In this document: positions 12,633-27,192 of the stretch, in pieces
How positions within the stretch are numbered: the stretch's first letter is position 1
Layout: the number at the start of each line of letters is the position of its first letter
From: Octopus vulgaris
Lineage: Eukaryota
DNA length: 64,000 nt
Assembly: GCA_951406725.2 (NCBI GenBank)
Contig: OX597816.1
Coordinates: forward strand, 29,326,001-29,390,000
Direction: 5' to 3'
Program-made: the position numbers and the translations under genes
The notes under the pieces: generated by a model
Databases searched by the model: none
What the model was told of the DNA's origin: nothing
Seen by the model: the letters and a program-made list of their open reading frames with translations, nothing else

Positions 12633-13476
12633 ATCTGGAAGCCGATAACAATTTTCAAAGACATTATTTGAAAGAAAACTAGGATTTGTATCAATTGAGG
12701 TTGACGTTCACTTAATTGGTTTTTAAAAAAGCTATTGAAGTGAAAAACACACTTTCGCATGCGCTAAAATAACGGAATTTTTTGCCAGAACCATAGAAAC
12801 ATATCTTGTGAAAACTGTGGATTATCTCCAATAATTTAATAGATAGGAAGAGATACAGAAATATCTTTATAGAAGCATCACCAATTAATGATTTCGTCTA
12901 TTGTTTAACTTGTAGGCAAAGGGCTATGGAATTGCAGAATAATGATCTATTGGCTTGATTCAAAGCATGTCACCTGTGAATGATGTCATCTGTGAACAGC
13001 TATAATACAACCTCGCAACTTTCTTCAATTTACTTTTTATAACGATACTTAGGTCGACATGTTGCTATGATAGAACGGACTACTGAGCAGTGGCGTTTAT
13101 CTCCTAAGTACGTAGCTATGAAACATTCTTCTGATCTTACACATAAAACTGGTCAATATTGATATTTCTATTACAAATTACAAAGGAGAATATACAAAAG
13201 AGAAGGCATTAATATCATTAATGTCAACGTACATATAATACTTTATGGACAGCCAAATATATGTAAGCAAATACATCAACACGTTTCTCTAAGTATCCTG
13301 TCATACATATGAACTACATTTACAATTTAGACAAATATTTTAGCTCTTTTATTACACGGCGACCTATATTTTCTATCTTATGAATATCGTCTTATCTACT
13401 TGCAATGCTTGGAACATGAATGTATTGATGCCATATATTTTGAAAAAATTGATGCAAATTAAATTTTGTTCTATTA

Positions 13477-13523
<47 letters not shown>

Positions 13524-14139
13524 GTTATTAGGTCTAATTTTTACTTTGTAAATTATAAATTTTTATCATTTGTAAGTTTTCTTTTGCCATTCATTCGTAT
13601 TTGTGTACGTCTACTTTTAACTATAGTTTTTATTCGAAAATGTTTATTTGCCATTGCTTTCATTACTATATAATCACAAGTATATATTTTAATTTTCATC
13701 CCTACATTTTATTAATTTTATATGAACGTTTATAGACATAAGTCACGTGAGAATTTAGCTTTTGTAAATTTTTAAATTTTTATTATTCATTTTTTTTTAT
13801 TTGAATCAAATTATGGCTTGCACAGTAAAGTTCGGCGAATTCATCTGCGCATACGCATACTTATCTGTTAAAATAAAAATATAGTATTTGGTATTGAACT
13901 ATAATAAAATCATTTAGAGGTCTGACGATTGGGGTTGCGTTTTAAGAAATGTTCCTGTAAAACTGTGCGTGATTAAGGAACCGTAAAAGAACCTGAAGAA
14001 ACACGTGTAGCAGAGATGTAGAAATGAGTAGTAAGTATTAAAATAATATTCTTTCATATGGTGTGATGATGGGGACTGCTATCTCTAAATAACATATATA
14101 TGCATATACATACACATACACACACACACACACTACATA

Positions 14140-14195
<56 letters not shown>

Positions 14196-14228
14196 GTGTG
14201 TATATATATATGTAGTATATATAAATTG

Positions 14229-14780
14229 CAGTATGTGTGTGTATAATGACTAACGCATACATTTTCACTATTCTCAACAAATTTTCACCAAACGTTACGC
14301 ACACATTACATATTTCTTATGTCCCAACTTTTTGCCCTGAGTTTCCGAGTAAATGGACGTAAATGGGTATAGTTATTTTGTATCAAGGGTTTTCCATAAT
14401 TTTTTATATTTCTATAAAAGTGAAAGGCAACTACAATTGCAGCATGAAAGATGTTCGTAAGTCATTTAAGAATACACAAAAAACCGTAAGATTCACTTTA
14501 AAATTTAAATTTAATGATGCAAAATATTTTCGTCGATTTGAAACTGCGACCTGTTCACTGATAACACTTCGAATGTTGTCTATTTATTTATTTGTCAATT
14601 CATTTATTTCCATTGCCCACCTATACAAATCACAGTATATGTGTGTTGATAATGACTAACGCTTACATTTCCACAAATCTCAACCGATTTTCACCAAACT
14701 TTACGCACAAATTACTTATGTCCAACCGATGGCTATGCGCTATAACATTTTTCCTACAGTTCCTGCGTATTTGGATGTAA
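14229..14780 (+). repeat. Two diverged direct copies (~14229-14362 and ~14633-14780) of a Helitron/DINE-like 5' core
   Basis: Both read cagtat..tgtgt..ataatgactaacgc.tacattt.cac.a.tctcaac..attttcaccaaac.ttacgcaca. The motif ccgattttcaccaaactt is typical of non-autonomous Helitron-type repeats. Confidence 0.5.
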
Positions 14781-15701
14781 CTTTACCTATTCTGAGTTAC
14801 TTGAAAGGTGATATTCCCTTTCCTTTGTTATATTTGTTGATACATTTGTCTGCCTTTGATAACGTTGTTTCACTTTAAGGATGGTTATTTCCTCATCCAT
14901 TATGATATGTCGATTGTTGACACTTATTTCAAATACATTTTAGCATTGTTGTTCTAGCCCTTTTTTGGAAAATCACATATAATTCTTCCCAAAGAATCAA
15001 CCTTTAAATAAGAGTTTTTATTCCACTAGCGAAACCTAACGTATCTTTCAGAAGACTCAATACCAATTTAAATTTATGTGGCATTCGCTGTTAGTTTATG
15101 TGCAGGCAATATGGGAAGACAGAATAAAGGGGCGTTTCTTACCTTATACCTCTGAAAAGTAGCTCTCTTTTTTGTTGAATAAAACAAACTCACAGAGTGG
15201 GTGATTCGACGTCTTTTTTCAATTTCCTTACAACATTTATATGGCTGTTTCTGAAATAAGTTCGATTTCATGTAAAACAACTATATTTTGTAGTCATTAT
15301 CCGTAATCTACTCCCAAAAGATTTCAGTAGCTCTAATTTACATGGCTTGCAAATTTATATGTTCTATGATCATTAAAGTTCAATGACCTCCACAATAACC
15401 AGCGTTTAATTTCATTTTTCGTTCCTAGGTTAATCAGAAAGATAGATTGCCGTGGTATCTTCTAGGTAGTTCAAACGCTTCGTGATGAAAAATAACACCA
15501 AAGCAATGGCTTCTTGGAGCTAAGCAACGGCAGCTTTCGTCCTATATTTATGAACTGCCATATTAGCTTGGCGATAACTATTAATATCCAGTACCGCTGC
15601 CGTAGTCACCTTTAGAGACACTGAGAAATAATAATATTTCTATTTCTATCTCTCTATATATGCACAAGTGTATATATGTTTACATACACACACACACACA
15701 T

Positions 15702-15766
<65 letters not shown>

Positions 15767-16259
15767 TAGAGAGAGAGAGAGAGAGAGAGATGATTCACAC
15801 ATATATAAAGAATGAAAGAGAACACGATATTATGTAAATAGAGGAATTTATCTGTAAATATAATATGTGACAATCATGCAAGAGCCATGATAAAACTGAG
15901 TTTCGGATGTCGAGGCGGAAAATCGCATCGGCATCTCTTCATCGGGCCATCAAAACAATGCTATGAAAATGACCGTTAAAAAAAAGGAAATTACTATGTG
16001 ATTGACCGTTATTAAGACAAAAGAGCTATTAGAATGACCGCTAAATAAGGGGATGGAGTAAAAAGTAAAGAGATTGGATGTGCTGTGTGAGCTATATGCA
16101 GAAGAGGGAAAATCGGATTATGTCGTCATCTAACTTAATATCTGGGGAGTACATAACTGTAATCTTAGCTTTCTACAACTATTGCATTATTTTTCCCACG
16201 CTGTTGTTTACATCTCCTCTTTTTCAGGATATTCAGCTACGAGAAAGGAGAAACTAACG

Positions 16260-17253
16260 ATGAACACCGAGCAATGAAGAAACTAGAAAACTTTGGTCCG
16301 GATGAGGAAAACTCCGTCTCAAGAACTTGAATTGGTTCAGTGTATGGAAATAAGACCGTATCGCGCACAAGTGGTTCAAAGAGAGGCACGAGGAGATAGA
16401 AGATGATACCAGTAGCTGGAGGCCTTCAGAAAGAAGGACTGAAGTAGTCAAAGTTGAGCAGGGATGGCATGATTGCAAGTCAGTTCGACATGAAAAAGGA
16501 CCGTGTTTGGAAGATTATCACTGAAGATTTGGACATGCGAAAATTCTGCGCAACAATGGAGCTAAGGCTGCTGCTGCACGGAGATTAGAAGGAGTGCCGC
16601 ATGCAGGTGTATCAGGACATCCAGTGTCTTAAACTGAGCCAGACTTGCTTTGTTATGTAATCATTGGTGATGAGATAAATTTTTGAGTAGTATCCGGAAA
16701 CAAAGTGCTTGAGCTTTTAGTGGAAATCTCCGACATCACCGAAGAAAGCAAGTCAGTTAAAATCAAAAGTTGGAGTTTATGTTGATCACATTCTTCGATG
16801 TGGCAGGCATCGTCTACTGTGTGTTCTTACTACAGGTCCAGGCAATCAATTAGCAAATCTACAAAGAGAACCTGCGGCGCTTGCTTCGCTCAGCACGCAG
16901 AAAGATTTAGGAGTCGTGGCAAGACAAATCAAGGCTGCTTCACCACAACGCTGCACCTCTTAACAACGCCCTGGACATCGGGCAGTCCCGAGAACATCAC
17001 CGTACGGAAACAACCTCCCTGTCCTTCTGATCTTCCTCCGTGTAAAGTTTTTCTTTTCCACAAGTTCAAGGAGATCATGAAGGAGACCCATATTGAAGGC
17101 GTGGCACCCAACAAGAGGAGCGTAATGACGGAGTTGTGTGTTGTTCTAGATAAATCCTTTCAGAAGTGCATAGAGGCGTGGCAGAGAAGGATGGAAAAGT
17201 GCATTAGACTCTACGAGGATTACTTTGAAGAGGAAACCATGTTTGTTGTTTGA
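16260..17253 (+). pseudogene. Mariner (Tc1/mariner) transposase pseudogene
   Basis: Frameshifted motifs: KIITEDLDMRK, IIGDE (first catalytic D), MLITFFDVAGIV, QPPCPSDLPPCKVFLFHKFK (YSPDLAPCDFFLFPKLK-like), FQKCIEAWQRRMEKCI..EDYFE. Confidence 0.9.
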
Positions 17254-18372
17254 AACTGAAATGGATTGTTTGCGACAATCTCTTAAAAATCGTAGAATAA
17301 CATTTTGGTGACGTGATCAACATAAACTCGAATGAGTCGATCAGTTAATAATTAACATGGTTTATTTAACATCATCACCAACTAAACTGTTGACACTTAA
17401 GGTGAATGAAAATAATGTGTCATTCTGAGTTACTGAACAATTCTTGTGAGTATTCTTAGAAAAACTGTCAGTAAGTTCTTGACAATTATTTTAGTAACTG
17501 TTATCTGCCAAGAAATATTACATCGATAAACCGGTTTCAAAAGCAATTTGGTGGCAGCAGATAATACAGGCATTTCACTAATACAGGAGAAAATATGTAG
17601 CTATTCGCATTAAATTAATAAAACATTTGTGTATACGGTATATGACAGTGCCAATTATTTATACTCTAACTATAGCACACTTCAATATTATTGATAAATG
17701 TAGTTGCGTGAGTTGCTAACTTAAGGTGTGTATGTTCTAAAAGATGGTTTGATCAACATTAGAATGAACACACGACATGTATCAGGGATTGTACCACTTA
17801 AATTATAGTTTTGTATTTCTGCGTTTATGAATATGAATATTATATGATACTATTCCCATCGCTATTTAATCGTTGAATTACAAGGTTTAAGGTGTCTTTG
17901 CGAGAATAAACGTTGATATTAAAATATTTTTGCTTATAGTATATGCTAGATATATATATACTACAGTGAAAATATCTTTTTTTTAGATTATTGGTATATT
18001 ATACAGATATACTGAAATTTCTCGAAAAGCACAATTCAACATTTCTTCGACATATATTTTATACATTAAATCCTTCTCATATTTCTACTGATTGCACACC
18101 ATATAGAAAAGATTTATCAATCATTTTCACAAAACCTACATGCAAATATTGCATTTCTGCTCATCGTAATGAACACATATATATATAATCAATATTGCAT
18201 TTTATAAATATTTAATTCCAGAAAAGAAATCAATCGCTGTAATTTTAATAGACAGAATTAAAACTTTTATTTTTACTTGTCCCCATGTCCAATTCAATTT
18301 ACTTGTTTGTACACCCGTGTAGGTACGGCTTTAATATATATATTATATACAAACACGCACACAGGCACGCAC

Positions 18373-18434
<62 letters not shown>

Positions 18435-20403
18435 TGTATGCATGTATGTATGTATATTACTAATACACCTCATGTGTCTTAAAAAGATATTTAGTATAGA
18501 TTTCGATCACCAATTTTCCTTGCTATATTATTATTCACTCTGGTATCATTTGGAACAATGGCTTGAAATTTGCATGATGCGTTTGTTAATAATGAATCGA
18601 ATTCCACAATTTAAATATATGTACTCGAGTATCTGACATTCAACTTTTCTCAATATTTCATATTTTTTCTGTTTATTCTGAGTACATTGTGTTTTATCCG
18701 CCAAACTCTTACCTTCGAAGTATTACCTTTAATCGGCAGACAAAAACGCTATTAAATCGTGTAAACGTTATACTGATTTAGACTTGCAGTGTACATAATA
18801 TTTCTATGTGGTCGATATTATAAACTCAATTGGAAAGCAGACATATCGAAGTAATTACGGTATTGTAAAGCTACCTTTGTAACATATGAATTTCAGAATT
18901 TCATTTGTTGATAGCGTTTACCCCATGAAATTCTGCTTTAAATGTGTAAAATATGGAAACCTTCACTACTTATATATTACAGAGTGAAATTTTTGTGGGC
19001 TACAACAAAAAGCAACTGATTAAATGAAAATACATGGTTTTATATGAGGCTTAATATCTCAAAAGACATGGCAGGAACATTCATAAACCAGGTTTCCATA
19101 ATGAATATGTTTTATCTAAATATAGAGAGCTGCTCGATAAATTAGCAATGGCCTAATACCACGAGTTTTGCCACTACTTCTTAACTGTACATATAGATTG
19201 TGATATATATTAAAAAAATCAACATCAAGGACTCGCTATAATATAGTTAGAAAAAAAAATTATTTACTAATTCCACACCTATGCTTATGTTTTGCTCCTC
19301 ACCCCATTATATACGTTAGATATAGGAAAGTATTTTTCCTTCGTTCATAATTTGGTTGGGGATGTCCTTACTTCAGATCTTAGCACACGCATTTGCTATT
19401 TTAACGAAAATGATATGAATTCTACTAATAATATGAATATTAAGAAAACTATTGCCAATAACATTCAGAGGATACGCAAAAAAGAGGTTTATCATGATTC
19501 TATAACTATATAGCAGAAAGAATATCTTTTGTTATAATGATATATAAATTATAGAAATACTACAAATATACAATCACTGAACAACGTTCCTGCCGTAACA
19601 TAGGCTATTTATAGTTGAAATACTACGCATGAAGATAAAACCTCAAGACATACTTCATCGGAGTTCTACGATCCTCATTTTCTGTTAGAGAAACTTTGTG
19701 AGTGAAGGTGAGGAAATCAAATTTAGTCATAAATCTTACAATGTCATGGTAACTGAAGTGATTACGAAATTATATTACCTGAGTTCAGTGGCTTCATATC
19801 AAAATTATGTTCCAAGGGAAACCGGGATTTATAGTTGTAAATTTGTTCTCCCTAAGATACTTTTACAACGATATCGTTGCTATTGTTTTTATTTAACCCC
19901 GTTGTAAATTCTAATTTACTACCGCTATCATTGAATGGGTACCTGTCAAACTCAGCATCTCAGTTCTAATAGCTTTGAACACATTTATCAAACGTTAGAT
20001 TGTTATATGAAAGAAGATTGGATTCAGTTTGCTGCAGATAGAGGAAAATATGAAGACGATTATTATTAAGTAGTCGGGAGATATCTCCAAGCAGTAAGTG
20101 AAGTTTTCACAAATTATACACAAATACTTTTAAAATACGCAAGTCTCATTGGATAGCCTAACTCATAGTGTAGAAAATATAATCTTATTGACAAAAATCA
20201 CTTTTGGAATGTCAAAGAATGCTTCAGGACTGCGAGTCTTTTGTTGACAAGAGTGGACTTGTATTTCTAAATGCTTAGTTTTTCTTCTTGTGCAAATATA
20301 ATGGTAATGGAGTGAAGATAGATACATTTTAAAGCTTGGAGTAATTTTTGAAGTATACGTGAAATACTCTATTCTGCATCATGTCGGTAAATAGGTAAAA
20401 GTG

Positions 20404-20434
<31 letters not shown>

Positions 20435-20514
20435 GGGGGGGGGGGTTATGTACGCATATGTATATTTGTATGTGCGTGTGTGTGAGCGTGTGTGAGTGTG
20501 TAGTAGGTTGAAAA

Positions 20515-22072
20515 GGAACACGCGAGTTGATATTTATAAGGAAAATAAGAAAAGTTAGAAAATGCTAATATAATTATATCACGTTTTAGTACCAGTTTTA
20601 GTTTTCGTGACATTTTGAACTTGTGGAATAATTAAATGAAATCTTGTTTAGAATATTTCCATAGTTTTCAAATACAAGGGACATTTTCTTTTGTCAATGT
20701 GTGTCTCTTCTTCTTTTACTCTTCTGAAGGCTTGGTATTAGGTGGCACGTAGTAGCAGTCCTAAAAGTTCTTGGTTTTAATAGTTTAAGTGGCAGTAGCA
20801 GATGAAGGAGGTGGTGAGAGAAAGAAGAAGAAGAGGAAAAAGAAGAAGAGGAGTAGGAAAAGAAGAGAAAGAATAAGAAAAATACGGGAGTGGTATGACA
20901 GTATTAGGATATGGGTGGAATCCTCATGAAATTATCAAGGGGCCTAAAGTGACCTGTTGTGGTTGTAATAGTAGTGATTGGAATTGTTCTTAATAAATTA
21001 ATGAGAAGTCACTGTTCTGAATGTATCGTCTTTAATATTTGCGTGAGTTTTATTCTAAGGTCCTTGTAATAGTGCCGTTTGTAATGGGCGCATTTAGAAC
21101 GAGTTTATATTTTATGATAGAATATTACCCTTTGCTCATAGGCTGCATTGTCCCTGAATTTATAGAAGGGAAATATTCGGAATTTAGGTTGTTCGTTAGT
21201 GGTGCAAATGTCGATGTGTTCGCTGAATGCTATTTTTCTATATTCTCGAATTTTTATCTGGGATCTATGTAGAGTCATCCTTTGACGCAGACTGGTTTTG
21301 GTTTGGCCTAAGTATTGCTCTTGATACACAGAGCAAGTTAATGCATATATTAGGTTTTCCGAAGCACATGTGAAGTTGTTTTTCACTGTAAAACCTTGAT
21401 CCATCCGGAAAGAGAACTGCGATCACTCAATTAGGTTGACACATATTCCACAGTTATGTCTTTCGCATTTTTTTCCTGACGGTTTCACAGACGTTGTAGA
21501 GTGTACATGGGCTTGTGTTAGGAAAATTTTCATAGATTTGGGTTGTCTTTTGCTTTTTATGACGGTGTGCGTCTGGAGGACTAAATTCATTCTATGGTCC
21601 CTTTTTAGTAGGGGCAAGTTCTGGAGGATGGTTTTGAAGGCTTCTTTGTAAAGGGGTTTGTGTGTGGACATGTATGGCAGGGCTTTTGGTTGTAAATTCT
21701 TCTTCGGTTTGGGATGCCTGAGTTCGTAGATGTTGCATTGTAGGGCACGTTGAAAGACTGTATCAATTAGTGATGATGTGTAGTTCTTGTTAATGAGTGT
21801 ATCCCTTAATGCATGTAGTCGCGTGTCCCTGGTATCTGTATTAGAAATTATATTAAAATCTTTTTGCTAGGTTGAAGGGGATATTCATTCTGGTGTGTTT
21901 GTGGCGGCGTGAGTTGAACGGTTGATATTGCTTAGAGTCCTTGGTCTTATAGTATATATCAGTTTCTATTTTGCTCTTGGATTTTGTAATGCGGATGTCG
22001 AAGAATGGAAGTTGTTGATGGCTATATTCCATCGTAACTTGAATGTTTATGTGAAATCCATTTATAAGTGCT
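20515..22072 (-). mobile_element. Penelope-like element (PLE), 5'-truncated and decayed: RT thumb, linker, GIY-YIG endonuclease, 3' region
   Basis: ORF pieces 21853-22083 (FHINIQVTMEYS..LPFFDI..ETDIYYKTKDSKQY..NIPFNLAKR), 21423-21671 (KRQPKSMK..LT..KKCERHNCGIC) and 21105-21404 (FTCASENLIYALTC..QYLGQT..LRQRMTLHR) are colinear with PLE ORFs. The 3' boundary is approximate. Confidence 0.88.
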
Positions 22073-22915
22073 TGCCCTTTCATGGCAAATATTGGGTTAA
22101 ACTAAATGAAATAGAGACAGCAACATCCCAACAATGACTGAGAAAGCCGGGACTCAAAGCAAAGACTGATGGATTTTTAATTGCAGCACAGGATCAAAGC
22201 CTTCCTACCAGAAATCACCAAAAACATGTAATGAAAAGAAATACAAGTAACTGCAGAATATGTGAAAATGAAGAAACAAGAAATGATATTGTATCTAGCT
22301 GGACAGTCTGGGCTAAGAAGGCGTATGTTCATAGACAGAGTTGGGACTCATATACATTGGAATCTATGTTAACTCTATGGAATAACAAGAAAAAAGAGAT
22401 GGCATAATCACACGTCAAAAAATGAAACTGATAATGAGGATGAAACCATAATTATGGAATGTGCCAATAGATAGAAAACCTAAGACCTATAGGCCGTATA
22501 TAGTTCTCAGAAATCACCAAGAAAAATGTTAGTTTTCTAATTTATGTATCAATGCCAACAGATGACAATGTTTTTCTAAAAGAAACAGAGAAATATACAA
22601 GATATAAACATCTGGAAATAGATGTAACTCGAATGTGAAGCCTAAAAACAGAAACACTTTCTATCATAGTAGGCGTGTAAGTTATGATTTAAAAACAACA
22701 AAACATTCAAACAAATACATAGCAAAAACATCATAACTAAGAAGTATGTATAACATGCAGAAAATAGCACCACTATGTACCGCATACAGCCTACGTAAAA
22801 CACTTTCAATGCAGTAAAAATAAAAGCTCCCCAACGAACCACAGCATATAACAAAAGCAGACAGATCTGCGCACAGTAGTGGAGAGAAAGCACGTGATAA
22901 AAAGAAGTCTACTGA
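22073..22915 (+). mobile_element. R4/Dong-type LINE, decayed 3' fragment (same subfamily as 59214-61562)
   Basis: Colinear with 60704-61562: HGKYW, GLKAKTDGFLIAAQDQSLPTRNHQKH, the CRIC knuckle, KYTRYKHLEIDVTRM and the 3' UTR. Followed by (CAA)(TAA)n. Confidence 0.88.
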
Positions 22916-22932
22916 ACAACAACAGCAACAGC

Positions 22933-22992
<60 letters not shown>
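22915..22992 (+). repeat. (CAA)n(TAA)n microsatellite, tail of the LINE
   Basis: Direct reading. Confidence 0.9.
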
Positions 22993-22994
<2 letters not shown>

Positions 22995-23674
22995 GGTTTC
23001 ACCATGTTATTCACAAATATTAAGTCATTACGCTTGGAAAACAATTCGGCATTAATCCAGAAACTTTTGGATTGAGCATCTTCCAATAATGCACATTGCA
23101 TTTTCACATATTTTATTTTTTTAAATTGTGCAAGTTATCGTTGCTACGAACTTTTAAACAAGGAAACGAAATATTGCTTAAATCACACTCCAGCAAAATA
23201 ATAAAATAGATTATTAGCATCCATGATCTTTGGATAGTAACAGATGGATTGTTTTAACAATAAATTTGTTAGATTAGAATTGATATAGGACTAAAACATA
23301 GCAACAAACCCTTTTAGTAATATCCTGTAATTTTATTTTAGCAAACTAGCACTTCGATGACTAAATGGTTTAACTTATTACGTCATCTTGTTTCCTTTAT
23401 CAATACAAAGGATTTCATTTCATATTTATATGACAGTTTATACTGATAACAACAATGGAATAATGAACTATCGCAATACTGGCATACATAAATAATTAAA
23501 TCAACCAATGACATTCATTTATCAGCTTCGTTTACATACAAATCTTACACTAACAACTCGATTTCTGGTTTTGTAAACTTTGATATTTTCCAATACAATT
23601 GATTCTACGATTTGCCAAAAGTGAAGCGCAGTAGAAAAACGGATTATGTCGTCAAATTTCTCATCTTCATGAAA

Positions 23675-23730
<56 letters not shown>

Positions 23731-23819
23731 CACCACCACCACAACCACCACTACTATTACTACTACTAATTATAATAATAATAATGATGATAATAATAAT
23801 AATGATGATAATAATAATG

Positions 23820-23870
<51 letters not shown>
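23675..23870 (+). repeat. Compound (CTA)n(CCA)n(TAA)n microsatellite
   Basis: Direct reading. It is the source of the poly-T/poly-N ORF. Confidence 0.9.
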
Positions 23871-24594
<724 letters not shown>

Positions 24595-24748
24595 GAAACA
24601 AGCCATTAGAACACATCTAATCAAGGCTAAAACCATGACAACTCAGACAGCAAATGTACAATGTGTAGAAATCAAGGCGAGAATATCAATCACATTTTGA
24701 GTAATTGAAGTATCCTTGTCCAAAAGCAGTATAAATGCAAATTTGACC
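24595..24748 (+). mobile_element. R4/Dong-type LINE zinc-knuckle fragment
   Basis: Reads QAIRTHLIKAK../DSKCTMCRNQGENINHILS..ILVQKQYK, a CX2C..H knuckle region. Confidence 0.6.
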
Positions 24749-24754
24749 GGAGTG

Positions 24755-25070
24755 AAGGTGAGTGGCTTAGTATTTGATGTATTCGGCTCACCATCGTAAG
24801 CCTATGACTTCGCGTTTGAATATACGTTTTGTGCTTGAACAAGGAATTTATTTCAAGTTGCTCCATTCCACTTATGTGGCAATAATGAGTAGTACCTGTC
24901 TTTCAAATGGTCAACCTTGTCACACTCCGTGTCACGTTGAATCTGCTTGAGAGCAATATCAGTGCACAAGTGTCTGTGGAGTACTCAACTATTTACACAT
25001 TAATTTACTTAGTAGGTTCTTCCATTTATCGGATCAACAGGAGCCCACCTCATAACTGACGAAATGCCAC
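24755..25070 (+). mobile_element. Old SINE sharing tail X with 7092-7479 but with a different head
   Basis: gtacctgtctttcaaatggtcaaccttgtcacactccgtgtcacgttgaat...gtgtctgtggagtactca...cggatcaac matches 7291-7470. The 5' part is unrelated to head C. Confidence 0.65.
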
Positions 25071-25526
25071 TAGCTAGTGGCTATTAGTAGCTACGAATGT
25101 TTGTGTCTGGCTTCAAAACCACAGAAAAGTGTTATGAATACGAATAATAGGCTTTGATAAAAATGAGAATTATAAGTCCTACAATTTCTTATAATACTTA
25201 TTTTCTATCACAGCATCTGATTCGTGTTCATACCACATTTTGTTGCTGGTTTGACACTACACACAAACATCTCTAGCTACTGATAAGATCTTGTTGGACT
25301 TAGTTATAAAAGAGATACTCTCTCAAAACGAGAAAGATATCGAAAATTGAAATAGATCATTTAAAATTTAAAAAAAAATACATCACATAAACGCAAATAA
25401 TGCCCATAGAGTACTTAGCAATAACATAAGTAGTGAAGGTGTAAACCACAAAGATAAGTATAACACCTGCAATGAAGACGAAATAAGTAACGAAATAGAA
25501 CACCCAGAAAACCTATGAATGCACAC

Positions 25527-25933
25527 TCTCTCTCTTTTACTTGTTTCAGTCATCTGACTGCGGCCATGCTGGAGCACCGCCTTTACTCGAGCAAATCGAC
25601 CCCGGGACTTATTCTTTGTAAGCCCAGTACTTATTCTATCGGTCTCTTTTGCCGAACCGCTAAGTGACGGGGACGTAAACACACCAGCATCGGTTGTCAA
25701 TCAATGCTAGGGGGACAAACACAGACACACAAACACACACACGCATACATATATACATATACATATATACGACAGGCTTCTTTCAGTTTCCGTCTACCAA
25801 ATCCACTCACAAAGCATTGGTCGGCCCGGGGCTATAGCAGAAGACACTTGCCCAAGATGCCACGCAGTGGGACTGAACCTGGAACCATGTGGTTGGTTAG
25901 CAAGCTACTTACCACACAGCCACTCCTGCGTCT
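25527..25933 (-). mobile_element. SINE family A, full young copy
   Basis: Minus head agacgcaggagtggctgtgtggtaagtagc (A-box) and aggttcagtccc (B-box), an internal CA/TA tract, and a (gtaaaaga) tail. Confidence 0.9.
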
Positions 25934-27104
25934 ATGTTGACTAAATACACAAAATCCAAACAACATGAATATAAACGGGAAACAACGTGGAACAAACCTA
26001 TATAAACTGGTAGCAATGAATTCCGAAACCACACTAAAAAAATTGAGCATAATCAAGGAATTAAAAACCAAGGAGAAAACATTTATGGGCCACCGACTGT
26101 GCCTCTAAGACTAAATAAGACAGCAATGAAAATGTAAAACGTAAATTTGGTCGTTACACACTTAATCGCAACGTAAGTAACTGACAATATAACAAGGTTA
26201 AATGACATAATATATGCAGCAGCCAATGTAGTTACAAAGGAAACGAAATACTCCTTGAAATAGATCGAAATAGGAATGTCACAACCTAAACAAATGATGT
26301 GGAAAATTAATATCCAGAAGAAGATTTGTCATTCTTTAATAATTTTAGTAATCGAAGGACTCTACTAAAGAACAAGGAATATAGGCTAATGCTACAGAAA
26401 TATTAAATAACAAAGCAAGATATAGTTGAGACGCAAGAACATCTAAAGCAAGATATCCTCGCTAAAGGACAAAGTATACCTCGGTATGAAAAACGCCGAC
26501 GATTATTTAAACAAAATAAACAGTTTAACTCCAGCCTCAAACGGTACTACCCCGAACTTGGATAAAATAAGATCAATGCAGCACCAGCAACATGAGAAAT
26601 TTTTTTAATTTTAGAAAGAAGTATGGGCGGGGAAGATAGTACATCAGAAAAAATAAAACAAGATACATAACACATGGACAAATATAGACAGCTATAACAG
26701 AAGAGGTAACACAGGTAGTCCCAAAATTAAACAATTGGAAAGCACCGGAGAAAAAGATTTCCAATTTCCGGCTAAAGTATTTAACTGGGATACTCGGTGC
26801 TGGCAGAGACGTTCAATGGATGCTAACGGCTCTATAGACAACACCGGAATGGCTTACAGAAAGGGAAAAACTACCCTAATTCCTAAATCCACTGGAACTC
26901 TTAGTTCAAAACTACAAATGCACAAATGCATAACATCTCCCTACACCCTACAATGCGCTGTTTTAATATCACAGAGAATGAACAGGCATTTAGAAGAAAG
27001 CAGCACGTTACCAGAAGAGCAGAAGGGATGCTACGACGACTCATATCGCTGTAAAGAGTAATTATTGATCAACAAAGTCATAACTGAAGACATTCAAAAG
27101 ATAT

Positions 27105-27192
27105 GTTCTGAAGCAAAGTAACACCAAATATATAGTGCGTGTGTTTTTATTGGCTAAACTGGCAAAATGACCATTCCTAAATACAGCAATAT
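27105..27192. mobile_element. Half of the MITE seen at 35389-35570, inside the decayed LINE
   Basis: ctgaagcaaagtaacaccaaatatatagtgcgtgtgtttttattggctaaactggcaaaatgaccattcctaaatacagcaatat matches 35480-35570. Confidence 0.75.
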
